A stretch of 64,000 nucleotides of DNA, from positions 1,488,001 through 1,552,000 of the forward strand of contig OZ218960.1 in the NCBI GenBank assembly GCA_965112735.1, given 5' to 3'. Positions 37,154 to 48,608 of the stretch are shown here, piece by piece. The position numbers were made by a program, and so were the translations under genes. This DNA is from Phaeosaccion multiseriatum. Taxonomy: Eukaryota; Protista; Ochrophyta, other classes. The notes below the pieces were generated by a model that saw nothing but the letters and a program-made list of their open reading frames with translations, was not told the origin of the DNA and ran no database searches. Position 1 is the first letter of the stretch; the number at the start of each line of letters is the position of its first letter.

Positions 37154-39016
37154 ATGGTGACTCTCAGTAGTCAACAGCAGCACAATACCGATGCCCACCA
37201 GGCTGCGGAGGGCGCGACGGCGGGGGCTGCGCGCTACCTCCAGCCCACCAAATGCAGGGAGGCCTACGAGAGCCTGCAGAGTCGCATGTTTAATCACCAG
37301 GTGCACAGGAGGAGGAGGCCGCAGTCTGCCTCGCCCTCCTTCTCCGCACACCACGCACACGCAGCAGAGCAGCAGCAGCAGCAACATCAGCAGCAGCACA
37401 GCAAGCAGCAGCAGCACTTTGTGGCTCCGCCTCCCCACAGGGAGACGTATATGGGTGCTGGTAGTAGCGGCAGTAGTGGCGGCGCTGGCGGCGGCTCCCA
37501 CAAACAAAACCACCAACATCACCACTTCCACCGGCACCATCATCCCCACCACCAACGTCAGGCCTCAGACGGGCCCAAACCTCCCCCAGGCTCCCCACCC
37601 GCTAATCACAGACGCACACCTCAGCGGCCGCAGAGCGCCAGTGCAGCAGCTGGAGGCTACTACCACCACGCCGCGTCACCCAAGAGCGGCCACAGTAGTA
37701 GCAGTAGCAGCAGAGGAGGGGTTGGACAAAAGGCATCAGGCAGTAGTGGAAACGCAGCAAGTGGCGGCAGAGGAGGAGGAGGTGGACGAGGAGGAGGAGG
37801 AGGAGGAGTGGACCACAGACGCCACTACGCCACCGCAGGGGGGCGTCCGGCGGCGCGGCAAGTCTACACCGGGGCCGCATCATCGGCTACCTCTGGCCCT
37901 GCCGGTAGTAGCGCAAGTGGCAATGCAGGAAGAGGAGCCCCGGGTGCGAGTTCCAACGCCCGCCCCTCGAGGCAAATCCCAGTGAGGCTCATGGCGAAGA
38001 TTCGCCCGAGCTCTGCGGCGGCCGTGTATCGCCGCACTGTAATATCGTCTTCTTCTCCCTCCGCCGCTTCCTCACCCTCGTCATCGGTGGCAGGAACGGC
38101 GGCGTGTGGTGGTGGTGGTGGTGGTGGCGATGGAAGAGGAGGAGGAGGGGGAGGCGCGCGCTTCGATGCTGCAGCAGGGTCTGCGGCAATGATGCATGCC
38201 AGAGCTCAAGCAGCCGCAGCAGCAGCGGCCAGCGCCTCGGCAGCAGCGGCGGTGGCAGCCGCGGCCGTGAGGTCATCCAAGGGAGGCAACAGTAGCAGCA
38301 GCAGCAGCAGCAGCAACGCTGGCGGTGGCGGTGGCAGTAGTAGCGGTAGTAGCGGTAGGAGCAGCCGCCATCAGAGGTATCCACAGCAAGTGCGAGCATC
38401 TGCCAAACAGGGAGGCCGGCCCGTACGACCGCACAGCGCTACAGTACGGTCCTCCACCCCTCCAGACCAGTACCGTGCGGCGGGAGGGGGGTCGTCAGGA
38501 TCGTTATCAGCGGCAGCAGAAGTGGGCCATCATCCCGCGGCAAGTCACTCGCAGGCCCCCACGCGAACTGGAGGGGGCATCGCGTCCATGAAGGCAGCAA
38601 GCGGCAGCAGCAGCAGCAGCAACAGCAGCAGCACTGGCGGTGGCAGTGGCAGAAATGGGGGGGCTCACACCGGTGTCAGCGGGGCCTATCGAACCTACAT
38701 TCGTCCGCACAGCGCTACCGTACGAAGCTCCTCCTCCTCCTCCTCCTCGTCCTCTTCCTCGACCCCCAGCTCAGGCAATGCCGCTGCAGCTGGAGCCGCC
38801 GCTTCGAGTGCGAGTGGTGGTGGAGGTGGAGGGGGGGCAGAGCAAGCAACGTCAGCACCTTCCAGCAAGAGGGATAGTAAGAGGGAGCTGGATAGGGTCA
38901 TCGAAAGGGTCTTCCAGAATAGGTGCGGTTGTTGTTGTGGACTTGTATCGCCGGCCCTTCGTCGCTCCTTCCTTCGTTCTCCACCGCCCTCCCTCTGGCC
39001 TTCCTTTCTCCCCTCA

Positions 39017-39068
<52 letters not shown>

Positions 39069-39598
39069 CTCCTCTTTCTCCCTCCCTTCCTCCCACCCTC
39101 TCTCTTTCTCTCTCTCTCGCTGTGTGTGTGTGTGTTTGCGTGTGCTTGCGTGTGTGCGTGCAACTGAAGGTACGCCTGGATGGCGAGTAAGCGCTCTTCC
39201 TTCACCTCCGGACCCGTCAAGGCCAAGATCCAGCCCGATCCGACGGCACCTCAGCAACAGCACAAGACAACAGCCTCGGGTGTGGTTCGAAGTGGTGCCA
39301 ATAGCGTCGCCAGCAGTAGCTCCGAGCAGCACCAACAGCAGCAGCAGAGAGTGTTCTTGGCACGCAAGCAGGTCCCCCCGCCCCGGCGCAGTTCCTTCAC
39401 AGAGACAGCATCAACAGTTGGTGATACAGCAGCAGGAGAAGGAGGAGCCGGCGGCGGCGGCGGTGGCGGCGCACATTACGTGGCGGCTGCAGTGGCGGCG
39501 GCAAAAGCGGGGCCTCCGAAGAACGCGCCCGGCACGGCAGCGGAAGTGAGTCAGTCGTTAGCCAGCACTACCCCAACCTCACAGCAGCAGCAGTCGGT

Positions 39599-39647
<49 letters not shown>

Positions 39648-41243
39648 CGGTACTTTGTCGAAGCCTCACCGCACGGCGCTAGGAGGGAACGGGCGGGGTC
39701 AGCGCCGACTTCGGGGTCCGCGGCATCAGGCAAGGGGGGGGCAGAAGCAGTCACGGCGGCAGCGGCGGCGACAAACAACAACAGCGGTAGTGAGACTAGC
39801 GCGTACGCAAAGCTCTTTCAGAGGGCCCGCAGAGGGAGTCACAGCCTGCGGAAAGTGGGCGTTGAGGAGGAGGGGGGGGGGGGAGGAGCCATCGAGGCTG
39901 CTCAAGCATCAACAGCAGTAGCCTCGGGGGCAGCCGCCGCAGCAGGGGGGGCTTCTTCGTCGTCGTCCGCCTCAAGCACCCATATGCCTGCCCATGTGCC
40001 TGCTGCCCATACACCTGCGATGGCGAGGACGAGCGGGAGCGGGACCGTCTCGAACAACAACAGCAGCAGCAGCGGCGGCGGCAGCAGCAGCACCAGTCAT
40101 AGCAACAGCAACAGCAACAGCAATACCAATAGCAGCGGTGACAGCAACCAAGCACCAGCGTCAGGCACTTGTCTGCACGAGACCGGGAAGAGTAATCCCA
40201 CCAGTGACAAGCAGCAGGACAACAACAACGACAACAACAACGACAACAACAGCAACAACAACAACAACAACAGCAACAGCAACACCAAAAACAACAACAA
40301 CAACAACAACAACAGCAACAGCAACAGCAACAACAACACCCGCAAGCCCTCCGAAGGCGGCCACAGCGGCAGCAGCAACAGCAGTAACAGCCCCACCGGG
40401 GGCATTGACCCCCAAGAAACGGTCAACACCGCAACTACCGCAACCGCGAGTCACAGTCTCAGTCCTATGGGCAGCAGCGAACTCACCTCCTCGCCCGCCC
40501 CCAAGCCGCTCACTCGAGCCAGTGTGGACGTGTGCCCGACTCAGGAGCGACAGTACTTGCAAGGGTTGTTGCTACGGTTACAGAATAGTTCCAAGAGCAG
40601 CCTGGACTTTTACAGGCTCGGCAAGGTCGTCGGAGAGGGGTCCTTTGCCAAGGTGTGTGTGTATGTGTGTGTGGGGGGGTGGGGGGGGGGCGGCTGTGTG
40701 TGTGCGTGCGTGGGTGCGTGTGTGGGTGTGCGGGTCTGGGTATGTGTATGTGTGTGTGCGTGTGTGCGTGTGTTTTGTGTGTGTATGTGTGCGTGTGTGC
40801 GTGTGTGCGTGTGTGTGCTTGTACGTGTGGTATGCGTGTGTCTGTGTGTGTGTGTGTGTGCACTCAGCGCTTGTACTGGCGCTTCGAGAGAGAGAGAGAG
40901 GGTGGAGCATATCGAGGCACCCTTTTACTTCTTCTCCCTCTTCTTGCCTTTTCATGCCATGCACTTACCCTCCTCATTCCCCGTATGCCTTTCTCTGTCC
41001 CGTCTGCACGCACGCGCATACACACACACGACAGGTGCGGTTGGCCTGGCATAAGTTGACGGGGCAGAGAGTTGCCATCAAGACGTACGAGAGGAAGCGC
41101 ATTACCGACGCCTCGCAGTGGAAGCGGATCGTGCAGGTTAGGCGGAGGGGAAGGAGGGGGACGACAGGGAGGAGAAGGAAGCGAGGGGAGACAAATGTGG
41201 GACAAAGAGCGGGCACCCGTGGCCCCTATTGTGTCCCATGTGC

Positions 41244-41286
<43 letters not shown>

Positions 41287-43975
41287 TTCATCGAGCGTCT
41301 GCGGTGCCCCCCTGCTTGCTCGTGTGTCTCCCGCCCCAATTGCGTTCAAATCCACTAATTGCGCGGTCAAAATCCAGGGCATGGGAACAGAAGCTCAAGA
41401 CGAATTCGCCTTCGCCGCCCTCCTCACTCACCCACTTACCCACTCACCCACCCACCCACCCACCCACCCACCCACCTACTCACCCACCCACCCACCCACC
41501 CACTTACCCACCCACCCACCAATCCACCCACCCACTCACCCACCCATCCACCCACTCCCCCCCCCCCGCCCCGTTGCCCTCCTCTTCCTACTCTCTTTGC
41601 CTCTTTTGCCTGCAGGAGATTCGTCTGATGGAGCGGCTGAACCACCCTCGAGTAATTCGCCTGTTTGAGAGCATTGAAACCACCAAGAGAACACACTTGG
41701 TCATGGAGCTCGCAGCAGGAGGTAAGTACGTAAGGACGTACGTAAGGGGGCTGAGAGGTTAGCGAGGTCGTGGAAGAAAGGGTGCTTGTGGAAGGGTTCA
41801 GCGGAAGGGTGGGAGCCGCGAAGCGTACATGTGTAGTCAGCAGAGGCTTAGCTTTCTTGACTTCATAGGTAGGCAGCAGAGCCTTAGCTTAGAGCACAGC
41901 CCATGCCTACGAGACGCCATCCTCACTACTTGCGTGCCTCTCTTTTCGAAGGGCACTCACTCTTGTCGTCCATTGCGGCACCCCGTCCCCATCCACTGCC
42001 ATCCTCCGCTCCCCAGGCAACCTGTGTACTTACGTCAAGAGCAAGAAGCGCCTCAACGAGCACGAGGCGCGCCGGATATTCGACCACATACTTCAGGTAC
42101 TTGGTGTCAGGGTGTGTGTGTGTGTGCGTGGGCGTGGGCGTGGGCGTATGCGTGTGTGCGTGTACGAGAGAGAGAGAGGGGGGGGGGCTATCAAATGAAA
42201 AGCGAATTCCATGGGACACTCACACACTCACGCACTCACACACTCACGCACCCACGCACTCAAGCACGCGCACACTCAAACCCACACTCACACCCACCCA
42301 CCCACCCACCCACACACACACACACACACAGGGTCTGGAGTACATGCACGAGCTCGAAATCGTGCACCGCGACATTAAACTCGAGAATGTGCTGTTCGAC
42401 GAGCGGCAGAACGCCAAGCTTGTGGACTTTGGTTTCAGCGCACACTGCACCACCTCCTCCTCCTCCTCCTCAAGAGGGGGGTCAGGGCCAGGGTCAGGGT
42501 CAGGATCAGGGTCAGGGGAGAGCAAGATGTTGCATGTTTTTTGCGGCACGCCTTCCTACATGGCTCCGGAGATTATCAAGCGAGTGGAGTACGCAGGTGA
42601 GGGAAAGGAAAGGATCATGCCCATATGCCTGCCTCTAGATTTTCCGTAACGCCCAATGTATAATATGCCCCACAATACCCATATACACGCATGCCCATAG
42701 ATAGGCCTGGCCACAGGCCTAGCTCCATTGCCCACACATCACCAGGCACGGCGGTGGACATTTTGTCCCTTGGAGTCGTGCTGTAGCGCGATGCTCTGCG
42801 GCTGCTTCCCCTATGCCCATATGCCTGCTCATGCCTGCCCACCCATATGCCTGCCTCCATGCTCCAACCCATATGCCCGTCTGCCCACACACCACCAGGC
42901 AAGCCGGTGGACGTTTGGTCCCTCGGAGTCGTGCTGTACGCGATGCTCTGCGGCTGCTTCCCCTTCTCCGCCGCCTCGTACCCAGAGCTGTACAAGAAGA
43001 CCGTTCGCGGAGCGTTCCGCTTCCCCGACTGGATCAGCGCAGGGGCGATGGACCTGATTCGGAGGATGCTTGTGGTGGATCCTGCGAAGCGGTACACGCT
43101 GCCGCAGGTAGGTGGGGTTGGGTTGGGAAGGGGAGTAGTAGGGGAGGGGGGTCAGGGAGTAGGGGAAGGGAAGTAAGTTCGTAAGCGAGTATCGGCTGGT
43201 GCTGTTTGGCTTGTCGCTTGCCGGACTGCTAGACTGCTGGACCTCCTCCTGGCTGTCTCCTCGGCGTACGTACCCATCTAGCTTTCTCACGCACACATTC
43301 ACTCACTCACTCACTCACACACGCACGTACGCATGCACGCACACACCCACGCACGCACGCACGCACGCACATCTCAGGTGAGAGCGCACTCGTGGCTGCA
43401 GGGCTTCAAGACCAGCAACGGAAGCGGGAGGCACACCGCCCCCGACTGTCAGCGCAAGTGCTTCCACATCAGCCCAGACCCAAACAATGTATGGCCCAGC
43501 ACAGTTTCAGTTTGAGTTTGAGTCAATGTCGACTGAATCCAAGCACTACACTCACCTTCCCTCCCTCCCTCCCTCTATCCCTCCATCCATCCCTCCCTCC
43601 CCTTTCTCCCTCCCCCCCTCCCCCTCCCCTTTGTGTTCCTAGGATTACAACAAGGCCGTGGCGAGTCGCTTGGAGGCGTTTGGGTGCCGCAGAGACGACC
43701 TTCGACGCAGCATTCAGACGGCAGGGCACGGCTGCCTCATGACCACGTACTACCTACTGCGGCAAGGACTGCAGGCGGAGCAGCAGCCACAACTGGGCAT
43801 GCCGATGAAGCAGGCTTCCTCCTGTGCTGCTTCTAGTACGACTAGTGCCCACTCGTCGGCAGTAGAGGGACGGCATCACCACCATCACCACCATCCTGTC
43901 AAGGCTGTGCCAGCGGGGGGGGCAGCAGCAGTGGGCGGCGGTAGAGGGCAGGCAGGGGGAGGGCAGTACCAATAA
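37154..43975 (+). CDS. CAMK-group (AMPK/MARK-like) Ser/Thr kinase with long low-complexity N-terminus
   Basis: Nine exons; GEGSFAKV, VAIKTY, HRDIKLEN, DFG, CGTPSYMAPE, DVWSLGV; UBA-like segment after the kinase domain. Confidence 0.92.
42725..42812 (+). pseudogene. Decayed intronic duplicate of the next kinase exon's acceptor and start
   Basis: Near copy of 42883-42964, with frameshifting indels and TAC changed to TAG. Confidence 0.85.
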
Positions 43976-44211
43976 TGTAGAGAGAGGTATAGAGGGAGCC
44001 CAGACGGGGAGGGGAGGAAAGGACGAGAGAGAGAGAGACAGAGACAGACAGAGCGAGAGAGAAATCTGAAATTTGGTGTCTCTAAGAGAAGTGACAAGTG
44101 TGCCAAGTGTGCCAAGTGTGCCGACGGAGTGGGGCGAAGGGGGTCCCCGCGTGGCAATTTTTAGTATAAAAAACAGACTCCTAATCCGGAATAGGAGTCT
44201 GCGCTGAAAAA

Positions 44212-44602
44212 CTCACTCATGGACTCAATCACCGACTCACTTAACGAACTTAACGACTCACTCACTCACTCACTCACTCACTCACTCACTCACTCACTCA
44301 CTCACTCACTCACTCACTCACTCACTCACTCACTCACTCACTCACTCACTCACTCACTCACTCACTCACACACACACTCATCCAATCACTCACTCACTCA
44401 CTCCCACCTCCATCACCTTCCACACTCACTCATCCACTCACTCACTCATCCAATCACTCACTCACTCACTCACTCACTCACTCACTCCCACCTCCATCAC
44501 CTTCCACACTCACTCATCCACTCACTCACTTATCCAATCACTCACTCACTCACTCACTCCCACCTCCATCACCTTCCACACTCACTCACTCCCTCACTCA
44601 TT
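44212..44602. repeat. (CACT)n-based intergenic satellite
   Basis: Read directly. Confidence 0.9.
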
Positions 44603-45094
44603 AATCAGTCATTGTCTTTGTTGTCGCCATCACAGTCATACGGGGGCGGGCGTAAGGTTACGTAAGGATGTGCAACTTTGGGAGGCGACCAAAGGGACAA
44701 TTGAGGAAGGAAACAATAGAACAATGAATGTGTGCGAAGAGGAGGAGGCCAACGCGGGGCTGTGAAGAAGCGTCTTTGGGGCGGAGTGTGGTGTGGCCGC
44801 TTTTGCCTAATTGCTGTAGAGCTTGTAGCATCACACATCGGAGGTGTCAAACAGGAGAGGTGGCCACGGAGGGTGGGGCAGGTTTGATTTGCGGGGAAGG
44901 GCTGATACGTTGCTGGTGACCTCTCGGCCTACTCGAGGCGGCCGCTGCTTCTGCTGCGGCCGTACTGTAATCCCGAGTGAGGGATTCCTTACCAGCTTCT
45001 GAGGTGCTGCTGGTGAGGTGCTGGGTGGGCCCTGCAGGGCTGTGCGTTTCCCCCCCCGTGTGGGGCAACGGCCTCTATTGCTCTCACTGTAGAG

Positions 45095-45411
45095 ATGGAG
45101 GCCGACGATCGACAACGGCAGATCGATCGAATCAACGAGGAGCTGGGAGGTGAGTAGGTGATGTTCCTTAGTGCCTCGTTTAAGCCCCGATCCGTGCACA
45201 CAAAGCCCCGACCCCTGCCCCAGCTCCAACTCCAGGTCCCGTATCTCCGACCCTTGTTCCGCTCATTCCTACTATCTCTTCTCCCTCCTCTATTGGTTTA
45301 TTGGACCGCCTCTGCCTATCGGACTCCATCTTCGCCTCTACGGAGCTCCCTGCAGACCACATCGGCCTCTCCTCTTGCGCTCACCCGCCCCTCCTCCTCC
45401 CCCTCCTCCTC

Positions 45412-45448
<37 letters not shown>

Positions 45449-45914
45449 CCCCCTCTCTCTCTCCGCTCAAACCGTCAACCCCACCCACACCTCCATCCCT
45501 CTTGGAGCAGAGACTTTGCACAGTAAGCTCCTGGACATATGCAAAAAGGCCAAGCCGGGCCCTAGAGACGTTCGTGATGCCGACTCCCTCGTGGACAGAG
45601 GCGCCGATGTGGACACCAAAGACGATGCCAACTGGTCTGCCCTGCACAATGTGGCCTCCAAAGGCAACTGCGGTCTGGCCACGTGTCTGATTGAGTGGGG
45701 CGCCGACGTGGACATCAAAGGAGGGAAGTTTGACCACACTCCCCTCCACAGCAGCAGGTAGGCTTGCTCCCTCCCTCTCCCTCTCTCTTCCTCCATCTGT
45801 CTTCTCTCTCGGCATTCATCTCTGTCCCGTTCTCTCTCTCTCGACAGCCCCCCCCCCTCTCTCTGTGTGTGTATGTGTGTGTGTGTGTGTCCCAGCATTT
45901 CTCTCTCTCCCCCT

Positions 45915-45951
<37 letters not shown>

Positions 45952-47497
45952 GTCTTTCCCCTCCACATGGCCACATCCCTCTCAGATTCCCTCTCTTTGC
46001 CCCATTCATTCCGCATCAGAACAAACACACTCCTCTCTCACACCCCCTCTCCCTCGTGCCTAGCCCCCCCCTTTTACGTGTCGCATTGCCTCCCCTCGCC
46101 TCGCTTGTCTCTCCTCCCCTCTACCCCGGCCCTCACCTTTTGTCGATCCTGCCCCTTCCCGACGCGTAACGTCATTTCATGAACACCCTCCGTGCTATAC
46201 ACACACACACGCACACACACGCACACACAGCTCCAACGGAAAGGCCGAGATGGTTGCTCTGCTGCTCGACAATGGCGCTGACAAGAACGCCCGCAGCACG
46301 GAGCTGTCCACTCCCCTGCACGATGCCGCCTTCAACGGACGCCGCGACACCGCTGTGCTGCTCATGGACAGGGGCGCGGAGGTGGACGCCAGAGACAACA
46401 AGCTCTACACGCCTCTGCACCGCAGGTAGGGAGCGTGCGTGGGTGTCAGGACTGTGGGTGTCAGGACTGTGGGTGTTAGGACTGTGGATCAGGTGTGGGT
46501 GTCAGGACTGTGGGTGTCAGGACTGTGGGTGTGAGGACTGTGGATCAGGTGTGGGTGTCAGGACTGTGGGTGTGAGGACTGTGGGTGTGGGGCTTTATGA
46601 AAGAGGTCAGGGCAGTAAGAGAGAGAGAGAAAGCTGTGTATGTGTGTGTGGTTGTGTGTGTATGTGTGTGTGTGTGTTCTTCCATCCACCCCCTTCTGCT
46701 GCGTCCGGCTGCTCCTCGCCTCCCTCACCTCCCTCACCTTCCCCTCTCCTCCCCTCTCCCCCCCTCTTCCCCCGTCCCATGCCCCCTCGGAAAATCCTCA
46801 ACCTCTCTCCCACCCCCCCCCTACCAAATGTTCCGTAGTTGCTGGAAGGGTCAGAGGAAGATGGCGCGTCTGCTCCTGGACCGTGGGGCCGATATCAACG
46901 CTGAGAGCGTGGATCAGTCTACCCCTCTACACGAGTGTGCTCGCGACGGCAAGTGTGAGACAGCCGCCCTCCTCCTGGACAGAGGTGCCAATGTCAGTTC
47001 CATGTCCAACAAATGCGGCACGGCCCTCCACGTGGCGGCGGTGAATGGCCACACCGAGTTTGTTGCCCTCATTCTCGACCGAGGCGCCGATGTCAACGCC
47101 AAGAACAAGTTCGAGCGTACGGCACTGCACCTCGCTGCAAGGGCGGGGCATTGCGAGACGGCGGCCCTCCTTCTCGAGAGAGGCGCCGATGTGGATGCCC
47201 GGGGTCAAAACAATGAGACCCCTTTGCATAAGGTAGCCAAGTCCAAGGGCCACTCCAGACAGGCCACTGCTGCCACCATTCTGCTGAGGGAAGGCGCCGT
47301 GGTGGAGGCGAGATGCAGCACCGAGTGGCAGACCCCTCTCCATGTGGCAGTGCTCAATACAGAGCTTAGCCTCGATTTGGTGGCCGTGTTGCTGGACCAC
47401 GGGGCCAATCTCTACGCCAAGGATCACTCTGAGAAGAGCCCCCTGGACTATGCCGCCACCAATGCGGAGAACAGCGCTCTCTTGCCGCTGTTGGAGG
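45095..47497 (+). CDS. Ankyrin-repeat region (about 9-10 repeats); probably the 5' part of one gene with the kinase-RING region
   Basis: Exons approx. 45095-45149, 45510-45757, 46231-46425, 46839-47497; repeated TPLH..A..G...LLDRGADVNA; ends at the phase-1 donor G|GTAAGT. Confidence 0.9.
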
Positions 47498-47902
47498 GTA
47501 AGTGAGCAAGCGCAAGCGAAGCAAGCGATGAATGGAAGAGACTCTGATTGAGTGTGTGTGTGTGTGTGTGCAAAAGCAAAAAAAAAAAAGCGCCATCAGA
47601 GAGTCACCTCATCCCGCCATTCCGCACAGAGTGGGAAGGAAGGAAGGAAGGAAGGAAGGAAGGTGCTGTTGGTTTGTTTGTCGGTCGGTCGGTCGGTCGG
47701 TCGGTCAGTCAGTAGGGACCTCTCTCACAACACGCTCCTCCACCCTCCTTTCTCGGTGACGTATCTCACACTTGTATCCTCTCCTACTCACTCTTTTGAC
47801 GTGGTGTATATGTGTATTTGTGCCCCCACCCTTCTTCTTGCCCACCCCCGTTGCCTCCACACTGCCATTCTCTCTCTCTCTCTCTCTGTGTGTGTGTGAC
47901 AG

Positions 47903-48561
47903 GAGCGGGAGCGAGGAACAAGCGCTGTCTACTTGCGCTGCTTGGGGAGATTGGAGTACTGCGTATCATGGCCCCTGCTGTTGTCGCAGCACCATCCCGT
48001 GGGCACGCGCAGTCTGGGGCTGGGAATGGGCCGAGCTCAGGGGCGGCACGCAAGTCCAGAGGAGGGAAGGACGCGGGGGGGGGGGTAGCAGCAGCAGCAG
48101 GACAGCCACCGCCAGCAGGAGCAGCTGGGGTAGAGGTTGATGCGCCAGGAGGGAAGTCAGGCGGCAAAGGAGGGAAGGGGGCGACGGGAAAGGGAGGAGC
48201 GAAAGGAGGAGCAGTTGGTGATACAGCAGAAGCGACGGCGACAGCTACAAGCACAACGTCGGGAAAGACAGGAAAGAAAGCCAAGAAGGAGAAGGGGGGA
48301 GGAGGAGCAGGAGGAGGACGGGGGAAAGAGACAGGAGGAGGAGTGGGAGGAGGAGCTGTATCTGCGTCTGGGGGAGCGGAGAAGGAGACTGTGACAGCCA
48401 CAGCAGAGGCAGCGCAGGAGGCGGCGGCGGGGGCAGACGGGGAGTCAAAGGCTGCCTCTCGGCGACGCGCCCGCGCACGGCCACGCGCCACAGGAGTAGA
48501 GACAGAGACAGCAGGGGCGCCAGCAGGGGTGGTGCGGGCCAGTGGTGGCAGCGGCAGTAGC

Positions 48562-48608
<47 letters not shown>

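Noticed and set aside
44175-44202. Hairpin CAGACTCCTA-N8-TAGGAGTCTG downstream of the kinase
   Set aside because: No U-tract or Helitron CTRR end; function unsupported
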